Assembly (NCBI GenBank): GCA_040752695.1
Contig: JBFMGO010000012.1
Span: 1-64,000, forward strand
Direction: 5' to 3'
DNA: 64,000 nucleotides
Source of the DNA: a bacterium
GTDB taxonomy: Bacteria; SZUA-182; DTGQ01
The position numbers were made by a program, and so were the translations under genes. The number at the start of each line of letters is the position of its first letter. Position 1 is the first letter of the stretch. Shown in pieces: positions 1 through 10,200 of this stretch. The notes beneath the pieces were generated by a model. It was given only the letters and a program-made list of their open reading frames with translations. It ran no database searches and was not told where the DNA came from.

Positions 1-1327
1 CCACTGCTTCCGAAACACCCTCCATCTGGCAGAGGGCGTTTTCCACTTCCCTCGGGCTGACCCTCTCTCCCCGCGTCTTGATCAAATCGTCTTTTCTGCC
101 GACAAAGAAAAGATATCCTGCTTCATCCATCCTGAAAAGATCCCCGCTGTAAAGAACCCGCTCGCCCGGATACGGACCGGCCTTCAAGACCCTGTCCGTC
201 TCTTGGGGGTCATTCCAGTAGCCCTTCATGATATTGGAGCCTCTGATCACGAGTTCACCGACCACACCAGGGCCGACCTTGTCCCCTTTTTCATCAACGA
301 TGAAAACCTCGACGTTCGGCATGGGCTTGCCTACTGAATTTGGCTTCTTGTCCAGTTCTTCCGGGGGAAGATAGGAAACCCTTTTGCACTCGGTAAGACC
401 GTACATGGAGTAGATAGCCGCACGGGGAAAGATGGATCTCAGCTTCCTGATGTGACTTTCAGGGAGCACTGCGCCCGTATTGGTGATGTATCGCAGGGAA
501 GAGAGGTTATAGTCTTTCAGGCTCTCCATCTGCAAGATCATGGCTGCAATCGTAGGGACAAGGGGAAAGCCGGTTACTTTTTCTCTGATCATCTTTTCAA
601 TAACCGCATACGGGTAGAGGAATGACTTTTCAAGGACAACCGTTCCCCCGAACTTGACCGCCATAAGCACCTGGTAGAGGCCGTAATCAAAGGATAGGGG
701 CAGGACGTTCATGATGATATCACTAGAGGAGTTCTTCAAATAACTCGTGATGGATGTGGCGGCCGAGACCATATTGAGATGGGTCAGCGTAACCCCTTTG
801 GGTTCACCGGTGGAACCTGAGGTGTAGATAAGAGCCGCCAAATCGATATCAATTGTTCGCCTCTTCTGCGGACAATGATCAAAAGGGGCAGCCATGATTT
901 GAGCCCAGGACTCCTTCTGGCCGCTCTCTTGGTGAACGTCTGCATCCTCTCCCACAATTATTTTCATCAGACAGGGCTGCCTAAGACCGCCAAAAATGCT
1001 GCGCTTGTTGTGATGACTTATCAACACCCTGGCTCCGCTGTGATTCAGAATATAGCCTAGCTTATCGGTCTTCAAGGCTGCACTCAGCATGACAAAGACA
1101 GCCCCGGCCCTGAGTACTCCGAACAGTGCGATAACGGATTCAGGAGAATTATCGAGAAAGAGAGCCACACGGTCGCCTTTTTCAACTCCAAGGTCGATCA
1201 AGGCATGGGCCAGTCTGTTGGCTTTTTGGTCTAATTCCTGGTACGAAATGCGATGCTCCTTGAAGATAATGGCTGATTTATCCGGGAACTTTTGAGCACT
1301 TTCGGTAAGGAAGTCATGTAACACCAT
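1..1327 (-). CDS. AMP-forming acyl-CoA/acyl-ACP ligase (runs off the left edge)
   Basis: Not in the ORF track. Manual minus-strand translation from ATG 1327 gives MVLHDFLTESAQKFPDK..., with AMP-binding signature LAALIYTSGSTGEPKGV, then LPLSFDYGLYQ and YGLTECKR. GGAG RBS upstream. Confidence 0.9.
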   Translation of the reverse strand, partial: MVLHDFLTESAQKFPDKSAIIFKEHRISYQELDQKANRLAHALIDLGVEKGDRVALFLDNSPESVIALFGVLRAGAVFVMLSAALKTDKLGYILNHSGARVLISHHNKRSIFGGLRQPCLMKIIVGEDADVHQESGQKESWAQIMAAPFDHCPQKRRTIDIDLAALIYTSGSTGEPKGVTLTHLNMVSAATSITSYLKNSSSDIIMNVLPLSFDYGLYQVLMAVKFGGTVVLEKSFLYPYAVIEKMIREKVTGFPLVPTIAAMILQMESLKDYNLSSLRYITNTGAVLPESHIRKLRSIFPRAAIYSMYGLTECKRVSYLPPEELDKKPNSVGKPMPNVEVFIVDEKGDKVGPGVVGELVIRGSNIMKGYWNDPQETDRVLKAGPYPGERVLYSGDLFRMDEAGYLFFVGRKDDLIKTRGERVSPREVENALCQMEGVSEAV

Positions 1328-1344
1328 TTCATACTCCTGCTTTT

Positions 1345-1599
1345 TCAGCTACTTGCAACCTTTTTTTTCAGGTAGACCATGATCTTATCAATGGAGTCCA
1401 GATTATCGGGGATAAGCTCTTCATCTTCGACCTTTACAGCATAGGTGTTTTCGATAAAGGCTACTAATTCCAGAATGCCAGTAGAATCAATAATCCCCTC
1501 ATCAAGAAAAGAGGCATCATTTTTTAACCGGTAATTATTCTGGCCGATGAGGAAATTTTCGCGGATAAAGTTTTTGATTTCCATTTCAATGTCTTTCAT
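1345..1599 (-). CDS. Acyl carrier protein
   Basis: 84 aa, acidic, with phosphopantetheine motif GIIDSTG; adjacent to the ligase. Confidence 0.92.
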   Translation of the reverse strand: MKDIEMEIKNFIRENFLIGQNNYRLKNDASFLDEGIIDSTGILELVAFIENTYAVKVEDEELIPDNLDSIDKIMVYLKKKVASS

Positions 1600-1776
1600 A
1601 ATGACAGTCCCTGCTCCTCTTGTTGTTAGTTGTTATTTGGTAATGAAAGAGAAATGAGTATCTTGGGTACCCAGGTACGGAAAAAAATTTAGATCTTAGC
1701 TTGCGGGAAAAATAAGGTTATTCAGTAAAGAGGGAAGAGTTTTTTGCTTGGGCCCAGGCCCTGGCATGGAAAGCTT

Positions 1777-3084
1777 TTAAGCATGGTGATGCCTCAGACG
1801 CTTAAAGATGTCAATCATATGTCGTGATCTTCTCACGTGTGCCTCCTGGCCGTATACGGTCTGATAGACATGGAGAAGACCCTCGAAGAGGTCCTCTCTG
1901 GACATTTTCAAGGGGTCAAACACAACATCAAAGCAACTGTAGGTATCCCACTGAACATAATCCGCCTTGAGCCTTCGTTCCTGTATGAGAGAACTCCTCA
2001 GCCGTGTGCCCGGGAAAGGAGTTAAAAAGTGATATTGCCCTAAGATGTTATTTTCCAAAGTAAAATCTATGAGCTGCTGAAAGACGCTTTTATCGTCATG
2101 ATCAAAGCCTACGATGAAGGCTCCGAGCACCTGTATCCCATAGGACTGGATCTTCTGACATACCTTTGAATACGTAGCCAGGCGCTTGAACTTCCACTGG
2201 TTATTTTGAAGGGAGGTCAAATTTTCAGGCACCAGGCTCTCAAAACCGATGAATACCGTAACACATCCGCTTTTTTGCATCAGATCGAGCAATTTTTCGT
2301 CTTCGGCTATCGAAGCGTCCGACTCTGTAAAATATTTTATTTTCAAGGGGATGAGTTCTGAGAGGAGTTGGTACGATTTTCTCCTGTCTACAAACATATT
2401 ATCATCGTTAAAGACGATTCTATGCTTCTGGGATGCCCTCTGAATGGCCTCCACTTCGTCGATGACCTGTTTGAGTGTTTTGCTTCGAAACCGGGGGCCA
2501 TACACCTTTGTGGCAGTACAAAAAGAGCAATCATGGGGGCAGCCTCTCGTTGTCTGGGTGGGGATAAGGTTATAGGCATCCATATCCAGAAGGTCATACC
2601 GTGGAACGGGTGATTGCATAATGTCTACCTGGCAATCGTTGGTATAGAACCGTCTTAAAGACCTTTTTTGAAAATCCTTAAGAATCTGCGGCCACAAGGA
2701 TTCTCCCTCACCAATGACTACGCTGTCGCAATGAGTTGCAGCCTCTTCAGGGAGGATGCTGGCATGGATGCCGCCCATGACGGTCGGGACTCCTCTTTTT
2801 TTGAACTCAAAGGCAATCTCATATCCCCGCATGGCCTGCTCGGTCATGATACTGATTCCCACAAGGTCAGCGTGTTCTTCAAAATCAATCCGGCTGACTC
2901 GCTCATCGATCAGTTTCACCTCGATGTCTTTCGGCGTGCAAGCAGCGATCGTGAGCAGGGAAAGGCTCGGGAGATAGAAGGAGGGGACACGTTGATTCGT
3001 GTCAAAAAAGTCCTGAAGTCTTGTATTACTGCTCGAATAGGTGTTTCTCCGGCTCCTGGAGGGGAAAATTAAAAGTATTTTCAT
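1777..3084 (-). CDS. B12-binding radical SAM protein
   Basis: N-terminal cobalamin-binding region (DLVGIS...VMGGIHAS) and CxxxCxxC motif in TRGCPHDCSFC. Confidence 0.9.
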   Translation of the reverse strand: MKILLIFPSRSRRNTYSSSNTRLQDFFDTNQRVPSFYLPSLSLLTIAACTPKDIEVKLIDERVSRIDFEEHADLVGISIMTEQAMRGYEIAFEFKKRGVPTVMGGIHASILPEEAATHCDSVVIGEGESLWPQILKDFQKRSLRRFYTNDCQVDIMQSPVPRYDLLDMDAYNLIPTQTTRGCPHDCSFCTATKVYGPRFRSKTLKQVIDEVEAIQRASQKHRIVFNDDNMFVDRRKSYQLLSELIPLKIKYFTESDASIAEDEKLLDLMQKSGCVTVFIGFESLVPENLTSLQNNQWKFKRLATYSKVCQKIQSYGIQVLGAFIVGFDHDDKSVFQQLIDFTLENNILGQYHFLTPFPGTRLRSSLIQERRLKADYVQWDTYSCFDVVFDPLKMSREDLFEGLLHVYQTVYGQEAHVRRSRHMIDIFKRLRHHHA

Positions 3085-3130
3085 CGGAGCTTCCTCACTT
3101 TATTGTCTGATATTTTGGTCCATCCTCAGG

Positions 3131-4066
3131 TTATAAGAGGCGTGAGAACCAATCAACGGTTTTTTGCAGCCCTTGGCGTGTATTCACGCTGGGCCGAAAT
3201 CCCAGGTACTGCTTAGCCCGCTCGATATCAGCCAGGGAATGCTTTACATCACCAGGGCGGGGGGGCTGATACAGGGGAGCTATTTTTTTGGAGAGAATGA
3301 CTTCCAGTTCTTTCAAAAGGTCATTGAGTGAGATCCTCTGACCACAGGCAATGTTAAAAGGGCTGCCATCGCTTACTTCACTCCGGGCCGCAAGAAGATT
3401 AGCCTGCACGACATTTTCGATAAAGGTAAAATCCCGCGACTGCTCTCCATCACCGAAGACCGTAGGAGGGCGATCCTGAAGGAGAGAAATGATAAATTTG
3501 GGGATTACTGCTGCGTATTGAGAATTGGGATCTTGTCCTGGGCCGAATACATTAAAATACCGCAGGCACACGGTCTTGATTCCATAAATACGCGAGAATA
3601 TCTGGCAATACTGCTCATCAGCCAATTTCGTCAAAGCATAGGGAGAGAGGGGATTGGTGGGCATGCTTTCGTGTTTGGGAAGTGTTGGAGTGTCTCCGTA
3701 CACTGAAGAGGAAGAAGCCATGACAAATTTGCGCACGCCAGATTCCTTGGCAGCCACCAGAAGATTAACAGTTCCATCGATATTGACCGAAGTGGAAGAT
3801 GCCGGATCGGCAATCGAGCGGGGTACGGACGGCAAGGCCGCCTGGTGAAGGATATAGTCAGTTCCCTGAACCGAGCGCTTGACCACTTCTGCATCCCGGA
3901 TATCCCCCTCGATCAGCTCAATCCGATCGAGAACTTCCATCAGGTTTTCTTTTTTACCCGTAGAAAAATTGTCAACTACCCGCACCTTTTCTTCCTGGGA
4001 GAGAAGAGCCTTGACCAGATTTGAGCCAATAAATCCCCCTCCGCCTGTTACCAGGAAAGTAGCCAT
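3131..4066 (-). CDS. NAD-dependent nucleotide-sugar epimerase (WbpP/GalE-like SDR)
   Basis: VTGGGGFIGS, YALTK (YxxxK), LRYFNVFGP and GDGEQSRDF. Confidence 0.92.
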   Translation of the reverse strand: MATFLVTGGGGFIGSNLVKALLSQEEKVRVVDNFSTGKKENLMEVLDRIELIEGDIRDAEVVKRSVQGTDYILHQAALPSVPRSIADPASSTSVNIDGTVNLLVAAKESGVRKFVMASSSSVYGDTPTLPKHESMPTNPLSPYALTKLADEQYCQIFSRIYGIKTVCLRYFNVFGPGQDPNSQYAAVIPKFIISLLQDRPPTVFGDGEQSRDFTFIENVVQANLLAARSEVSDGSPFNIACGQRISLNDLLKELEVILSKKIAPLYQPPRPGDVKHSLADIERAKQYLGFRPSVNTRQGLQKTVDWFSRLL

Positions 4067-4345
4067 GTGGTATATCCCCTTTCTTTAGATTGCAGTTTAT
4101 TCATGTTTTCTTGGATCATACCACACACAATGAATTTTTTCCAGGAATAGCTTCGCCCTGTCAGTACCTGAGTTAAGGTGCCTACCATAAACTAATAAAT
4201 TACTATATTTAAAACAAAGCGTTTTCATTCCAGTGAGCAAAGAAACTGTATGCCTTTATTCCAGGCATTTTTGCCCATATTCAAAAATCAAAAAGAAAAA
4301 TCAAAAAAGGAGAGCCTGAAAGCCGACTGATAGATCACGAGAGTG

Positions 4346-5614
4346 TCAGTTGGCCTTCGGCTGATGATAATGCCCGTAGTAATAATGATAATAGCTGTAA
4401 TAGTAATAGCCGCCTTTTCTTACATCCAGACGGTTGAGAATTACACCGCAAATCCTTGCACCTGCAGTTTCCAGTTGCTGTTTGGCTCTCTGTACTCCCC
4501 TGCGGTTTGTCCGGCCCGCACATACGACCAGGATTATTCCATCGACCCGGGATGAGAGGATGCAGGCATCGCTTACAGAATTCAGTGGCGGTGAGTCGAA
4601 AATGATAGTATTAAATTTTCTTTTCAAGACGTTGATCAACTCGGACATCCTCCGGGAGCCAAGCAGTTCCGTAGCGTTTGATGGAATCGGCCCGGAATTC
4701 AGAACCCGCAGATTGTCTATAGGACCGTCCTGCAGGTATGATGAAACCTTTTGATCGATGAAGGGAGTATGTGTTTCCCTGGAGGCCATCATCCCCTGTA
4801 TGCTTTCTAACAGATGAGGATAATCGAATCCATTGATACTGATTGGATGATCCTCTGGCAAATTCCTGGCCTGAAAACAGAAAGTACCGCTCTTCAGAGA
4901 GGAGAGGCGCTGCAGAGTTTCGGATATATGAAGTTTCAGCGGGCCCTCCATTTCCTGCGGAGAAACCAGATTCATGCTCACCAGGATGGAGCCGAGCCGC
5001 TCCTGGCTGCTGGTTTGTCTTTTCAGGGCGCGGGCCTTTTGATCCATCGTTATTCTACCGCTTTCAACCAGGAGTGCTCCAATCCGCTCCTCTTGCGGCC
5101 GGGTTTTCCACTGGACATCGACGAGGTTCCCATCCTGAAACTGGAGATGATAGAGGTCTCCATTTTCTGAAATGCTCAACAGGCCGCTTTTCCCCTGGAT
5201 ATTCATGATGTGGAGTAAATCTCCCAGCCCGTAGTGCAACAGGTCACCTTCAGTCAGATCTGTGCCGTAAATATCAACCAGGATATTGGTGAGCCCTCGA
5301 TTGCGGTCATGCTTAAAAATCTTATGGATCGAAGGGATTCTTAAATCCGTATCCACGAGCAGGACTTTTTGTCCTCCCTCGGCTATGGTTAAGGCCAGGT
5401 TTGCGGCTGTAGTCGTTTTTCCCTCTTGTGGAAGGCTGCTGGTCACCAGGAGGAGTTTCCCGGACTTTCCGTTCAGAGAATAATGCACGTTGGTATAGGT
5501 TGTTCTATAGGATTCGGCAAAAGAAGCGGATAGATTTTTGTCAACTACCATGGGATATGGGGTCCTGGATTTATGAACAATCTCTTTATGGTGGTTTTCC
5601 TTGCGCTCTCTCAT
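4346..5614 (-). CDS. CpsD/CapB-type bacterial tyrosine kinase with internal DUF4388/MshEN-like insertion
   Basis: Walker A PQEGKTT, Walker A' VDTDLR, Walker B IIFDSPP and Tyr cluster YYYYSYYHYYY. About 170 extra residues lie between A' and B. Confidence 0.9.
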   Translation of the reverse strand: MRERKENHHKEIVHKSRTPYPMVVDKNLSASFAESYRTTYTNVHYSLNGKSGKLLLVTSSLPQEGKTTTAANLALTIAEGGQKVLLVDTDLRIPSIHKIFKHDRNRGLTNILVDIYGTDLTEGDLLHYGLGDLLHIMNIQGKSGLLSISENGDLYHLQFQDGNLVDVQWKTRPQEERIGALLVESGRITMDQKARALKRQTSSQERLGSILVSMNLVSPQEMEGPLKLHISETLQRLSSLKSGTFCFQARNLPEDHPISINGFDYPHLLESIQGMMASRETHTPFIDQKVSSYLQDGPIDNLRVLNSGPIPSNATELLGSRRMSELINVLKRKFNTIIFDSPPLNSVSDACILSSRVDGIILVVCAGRTNRRGVQRAKQQLETAGARICGVILNRLDVRKGGYYYYSYYHYYYGHYHQPKAN

Positions 5615-7167
5615 GATGGTTTCCCTCCCCTTTCCACTTCCGGTATAATTCCCAGCACCGGTAAGCCGAGGTATTGTTCGACGTCTTCTTCGGTTTTGAT
5701 ATTGGTTTCCATATATTCAGTCAAAAAGACCAGCCCTACTCCAGATATAAGACCGAGAATCGTGGCCAGGACAATGTTCAATACTTTTTTAGGCTTGATG
5801 GGAGCCCGGGCCAGGTCCGCAGGTTCGATGAGTCGGATGTTGGATTTGCCCGAACTCTCATTGATCTGGGTTTCCTTCAGTTTGTTCAGCATGATTTCAT
5901 AAAGGCCCTTATTGGTTTCAACTTCTCTTTCCAGGACTGCATAGCGCAACTCGTTCTGGTTCGTCAGGAGGGCATCCCCCTCATATTTCTTAATGGCGTT
6001 CTGTAACTCCTCTTCTCTCGACTGAAGAATGGATTCCTCAATCATCAGATTTTTATACACCTTATTGAGTTTGTTATTAAATTCGCTTTTCAGAATATCC
6101 ACCCGGCCTGCCAGATTTACGACCTTGGGGTGTTTGTCCTTGTAGCGCATTTTAAGGTCACAAAGCTGAATCTGGGCATCGGTCAACTCCTTGCTCAGGT
6201 CAAGTAAAATCTGGTCGCCTACGAGGTAGGACCCTACTCCTTTTTCATTTCGCCTGGCCATAACCTTTTCCAGTTCAGCAATGCGGGCTTTCAATTCCAT
6301 GTGCTCTGTCCGAAGCTTGATATAGGAAGCATTCAACTCGCCGATTTTTTGAGTATTAATGCTCTGCTTTCCACTAAGAGAGAAAATTTTGTTTTCGGTT
6401 TTGAACTGGTAAAAGGTTTTTTCAGCCTCATTCAGCTTTTGTTTTATTCCATTGATCTGGGATAAAATCCAATCCATAAATTTTTGGGCTGCACTGCCGC
6501 GAGTCTGAATATCGTATTCGATGTAGGCTTCAACTACGCCGTTGGCAATTTTCTGAGCCCAGACAGGGTCTTCATCCTTGACCGTGATCGTGACCAGCCG
6601 CGTGTCGGTGACTTGTTCAGCACTGATTTGCTGCTTCAGGCCGTTTACAAGAGCAAGCATTTCCAAATCCTCATTCTGCTCAAGAGGAAGAGACAGTTGT
6701 GCGGCTTGGCTGTCCCCTCCTTTTTGGAGAAAGGGAATCAGACTTTTGACGGATCCTATAAATTTGTTGATGTTGTCAACCATGGCTGCCTTGAGATGGA
6801 ATGAGGCGGATTGGTTGGACGACGAATTTTTTTGTTTATCATACCGCTCCTTGAGGCGCAGGTTCCTGACAGCCCGCGCGAGCACCGGATAACTAGCCAC
6901 CATTTTGAATTGGGTATTAAAGGTCAGGTTTTCGGACAGGTAGCTTTCATATTCCAGGTATTCCAGATCCTGGCCGCTTACGATGGATTTGCCGCTGTCT
7001 TTGTCAATGACAAGTTGTGATTGAGCCTCATAAATTGGCGTAACCGTGTAGTTGCCGATAACAACCGTCGTGACCGTAATAAATAAGCTGGTAAAAATAA
7101 GCCATTTGCGTTTGTAGAGAAGATGAAGATAATCGAGGAGATGAACTTCTTTTTGTTTATGATCCAT
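5611..7167 (-). CDS. Polysaccharide co-polymerase / chain-length determinant (GumC, Wzc N-terminal part)
   Basis: Two TM segments flank a coiled-coil periplasmic region; PIKPKK motif and C-terminal LGLPVLGIIP. 4-bp overlap with the kinase gene. Confidence 0.9.
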   Translation of the reverse strand: MDHKQKEVHLLDYLHLLYKRKWLIFTSLFITVTTVVIGNYTVTPIYEAQSQLVIDKDSGKSIVSGQDLEYLEYESYLSENLTFNTQFKMVASYPVLARAVRNLRLKERYDKQKNSSSNQSASFHLKAAMVDNINKFIGSVKSLIPFLQKGGDSQAAQLSLPLEQNEDLEMLALVNGLKQQISAEQVTDTRLVTITVKDEDPVWAQKIANGVVEAYIEYDIQTRGSAAQKFMDWILSQINGIKQKLNEAEKTFYQFKTENKIFSLSGKQSINTQKIGELNASYIKLRTEHMELKARIAELEKVMARRNEKGVGSYLVGDQILLDLSKELTDAQIQLCDLKMRYKDKHPKVVNLAGRVDILKSEFNNKLNKVYKNLMIEESILQSREEELQNAIKKYEGDALLTNQNELRYAVLEREVETNKGLYEIMLNKLKETQINESSGKSNIRLIEPADLARAPIKPKKVLNIVLATILGLISGVGLVFLTEYMETNIKTEEDVEQYLGLPVLGIIPEVERGGKPS

Positions 7168-7197
7168 AGAGTTACATACCTTAATTTTTTCCTGTGG

Positions 7198-8091
7198 TTA
7201 CCAGAAGCTCTCCGGCACGAATAAACGATCTCCGGGATGCAACTGAACATCTTGTTGTTTTCCTTCCTTGACCAGATCAAGATTAATTTTCAGTATTTGC
7301 TGCTGGCCCGTAAAATTCCGGGTCAAAACAGTTCGGTTCGGGGCCGCAGCCTTCTCAAATCCGCCAGCCATGATACAGGCATTGAGTGCGGTGAGGCCCT
7401 TTTGATACTCGTAAGCTCCGGGCTTTTGTACCCGTCCTAAAATGTACACCTGCTGCTCTAGAACATTAGTATCTTTCCTCCCGGCCAAAAATATGATGTC
7501 GCCTGGCTGCAGCTCGATATTGCTGGTTAAATTTCCCTGCTTGAGTAATTCCTCCAGGTCGACCGCGAAAGACCTGTTCTCTTCCATCGAGGTGGAGATA
7601 TTTTCACTGTCTCTCCTTTGCCTGTCTATGGGATTAGATCGCAGGATATTCACCTTATTGCCCACCTTGTCGCTCACACCCCCTGCTTTGGAAATGATTT
7701 CAAGCAAGGTAGTCGGACCCGTGAGGACATAAAGACCGGGATGGAAAACCTCACCAAGAACCAGTATTTTTTGACTGCGATATTCCTTGACCATGACATC
7801 CACCTGCGGATCCACCAGAAAGTCAGCTTTCAGCATACGGGTGATTTCATCATCAATTTCTCTCACCGTCAGACCGGCAACGGGTATATTCCCCAGCAGG
7901 GGATAATTTATGGTTCCATCCTGAGCAACGACGACCGTCTTCTCCAGCTCCGGTTCACCCCAGACGGTTATGGCTAACAAGTCCTCTCTTCCCACCTTAT
8001 AACAATTCTGAGATGCAGCAATACGACTCCCTGCGTATGAAAGAGTAAGTATGCATATAATCGCGATAAACAGTACTTTTATTCTTTTCAT
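7198..8091 (-). CDS. Polysaccharide export protein (Wza/GumB-like, Poly_export plus SLBB)
   Basis: Signal peptide, DGTINYPLLG export motif and two SLBB repeats (VLGEVFHPG, ILGRVQKPG). Confidence 0.9.
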   Translation of the reverse strand: MKRIKVLFIAIICILTLSYAGSRIAASQNCYKVGREDLLAITVWGEPELEKTVVVAQDGTINYPLLGNIPVAGLTVREIDDEITRMLKADFLVDPQVDVMVKEYRSQKILVLGEVFHPGLYVLTGPTTLLEIISKAGGVSDKVGNKVNILRSNPIDRQRRDSENISTSMEENRSFAVDLEELLKQGNLTSNIELQPGDIIFLAGRKDTNVLEQQVYILGRVQKPGAYEYQKGLTALNACIMAGGFEKAAAPNRTVLTRNFTGQQQILKINLDLVKEGKQQDVQLHPGDRLFVPESFW

Positions 8092-8230
8092 TTTCTTATT
8101 CTTATTCCCTTAATAAAATCGTGATCTCATGAAAGCTCTTATACCATCTTCATTGGATACTCAGCCAGATCGCTTGAATTGTTGGGGTACAAGCCAAGTA
8201 TTACGACCTTTTTATAAAGTAGGTATATTA

Positions 8231-8246
8231 TGCAAAGAAGGTGCCA
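8231..8246 (-). promoter_or_regulatory. sigma54 (-24/-12) promoter of the EPS operon
   Basis: Minus strand TGGCAC-CTTCT-TTGCA, an exact consensus match, 140 bp upstream of the wza-like start. Confidence 0.8.
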
Positions 8247-8618
8247 ATCAATTATTTTTATAATTTACTTTTTATATTTCGAGCAAAGTTTGATCAGAAT
8301 ATAAATTTTAGAAGGGGTAAAAGGTCAGAAAAGTGAAAAAAGAGCAAATAAGGAGCAAAAAGGTGAATTATATCTATGAAATTTTTTGCAACCTTTATGG
8401 AATATTAATTAATTAAGCAAGTTAGACTTAAAGCAGGATGCAATTTTATTCACAATATGAAATACCGGTGAAGCACAAAGAGAGGCACGGAGATTGTCAC
8501 CAGAGGTAAATTATGTACTTATCCTTTCTTGACAATTTGGAAAAAAAGTGTTAGGTTGTGATTTTTGACTATAATATAATCAAATTTAACCTTATGCTTT
8601 TGATACATCGGAACCTCC

Positions 8619-9518
8619 ATGAAAGAGTTTCTTCATTACCTTCAGGTAGAGCTTAATTATTCGGATCATACGATACGCGCCTATCGCAGTGACCTGCTTC
8701 AGTTTTTCCTCTTTATGGGAATCGAGAATATGGAAGAACCAAGCGGTTTTTACCATAAGCTCCAGGGCGTTGATCTGGCAGGAGTGAGGGAGTATGTAAG
8801 TCACCTTTTCAACCGCAAGCTGAAAAAGAGCACTATCGTACGGAAGATTTCCTGTATCAAATCCTTTTACAAATACCTCAACCGGGAAGGTATTCTTGCG
8901 GAAAGCAAAGTCTTGCTTCTTTCTTCACCCAAGGTGGGAGCGAATGTGCCTTCTTTTTTGACGGTTGACGAGATATTCAGGCTCCTTGATTCTCTTGGTT
9001 TCAGCTTTGGGGAACTGAGGGATAGAGCTCTTCTTGAGGTTTTATATGCTTGTGGTTTGAGAGTGTCCGAGGTGGTCTCCTTAAATGAAGAGCATATTGA
9101 TCTTGGTGAGCTTACCATCCGGGTTCTGGGGAAAGGAAAGAAAGAGCGGATCGTCCCTTTGGGGACCAAAGCTGCATCTGCATTGCGGGAGTATATTCCG
9201 TACAAGCGAAATGTTCAGAAGCAAACCGGGATACATGATCTGAGTCCTGTCTTTATCAATAAGTATGGGAAGCGCTTGTCAACCCGCGGTGTGGCCAGAA
9301 TCTGCAAGAAGTATTTCCACAAAAACGGGATAGCTGATTCTGCCAGTCCGCATTCACTTCGGCACACCTTTGCCACTCATTTGCTTGATGCAGGTGTTGA
9401 CTTAAGAAGCATTCAGGAAATGCTGGGACATGCCAGTCTATCGACCACGCAAAAATATACTCACATGAGTCTGGATCACTTGATGCAGGTTTATGACAAG
9501 GCACATCCTAAAGCGTGA
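8619..9518 (+). CDS. xerC: Tyrosine recombinase XerC
   Basis: YACGLRVSE, GKGKKER, PHSLRHTFATHLL and LGHASLSTTQKYT; directly upstream of hslVU. Confidence 0.88.
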   Translation: MKEFLHYLQVELNYSDHTIRAYRSDLLQFFLFMGIENMEEPSGFYHKLQGVDLAGVREYVSHLFNRKLKKSTIVRKISCIKSFYKYLNREGILAESKVLLLSSPKVGANVPSFLTVDEIFRLLDSLGFSFGELRDRALLEVLYACGLRVSEVVSLNEEHIDLGELTIRVLGKGKKERIVPLGTKAASALREYIPYKRNVQKQTGIHDLSPVFINKYGKRLSTRGVARICKKYFHKNGIADSASPHSLRHTFATHLLDAGVDLRSIQEMLGHASLSTTQKYTHMSLDHLMQVYDKAHPKA

Positions 9519-9567
9519 AACTGTACTGTTCACGAAAAAGCAGTGATGTTCAAGGAAGAAACGGGCA

Positions 9568-10149
9568 ATGAGCACACCAAAAAAAGTAGGATTTGGGAAA
9601 ATGGAAAAAAGAGAGCGGGAACCGATAAGATCCACGACCATATTGTGTGTCCGCAGGAATGCAAAAGTGGTTATGGCCGGCGATGGTCAGGTCACATTTG
9701 GTCAGACGATCATGAAGGCGAATGCAAAAAAAGTGCGTAAAATGTACAAAGATTGTATCATTGCCGGTTTTGCAGGGACTTCTGCTGATGCCTTCGCCTT
9801 ATTTGGAAAGCTGGAGTCCAAGTTAGAGGAATATCGCGGCAATTTGTCAAGGGCGTGTGTAGAGCTGGCCAAAGAGTGGCGGATGGATAAGGTGCTGAGA
9901 AGGCTGGAAGCCATGCTGGCCGTAGCCGATAGAGAGCATTCCTTTATCATTTCCGGTGCAGGAGATGTGATTGAGCCATCCGAAGGGGTGATGGCCATTG
10001 GATCTGGAGGTCCTTATGCGGTCTCCGCGGCCAGGGCACTTTTGCTTCATACGGATATGGAAGCCAGGCAGATTGCTGAAGAGGCTATGAAAATTGCCGG
10101 TTCTATCTGTATTTATACGAACAGCTTCCTGACTATCGAGGAAATTTGA
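9568..10149 (+). CDS. hslV: ATP-dependent protease subunit HslV
   Basis: TTIL...AGDGQVT, AGFAG and AIGSGG. Start may be ATG 9601. Confidence 0.96.
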   Translation: MSTPKKVGFGKMEKREREPIRSTTILCVRRNAKVVMAGDGQVTFGQTIMKANAKKVRKMYKDCIIAGFAGTSADAFALFGKLESKLEEYRGNLSRACVELAKEWRMDKVLRRLEAMLAVADREHSFIISGAGDVIEPSEGVMAIGSGGPYAVSAARALLLHTDMEARQIAEEAMKIAGSICIYTNSFLTIEEI

Positions 10150-10200
10150 TAAAAATTTAATAAAAGTCCAATAAAGAGAGGAAGATTTGAGAAGCAAAGG

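Noticed and set aside
8619..9518. Phage or island integrase
   Set aside because: Sequence and position before hslVU fit housekeeping XerC; no att sites or mobile cargo seen.
9568..9633. Unusual HslV N-terminal extension
   Set aside because: Short propeptides before the catalytic Thr are known and the start codon is uncertain.
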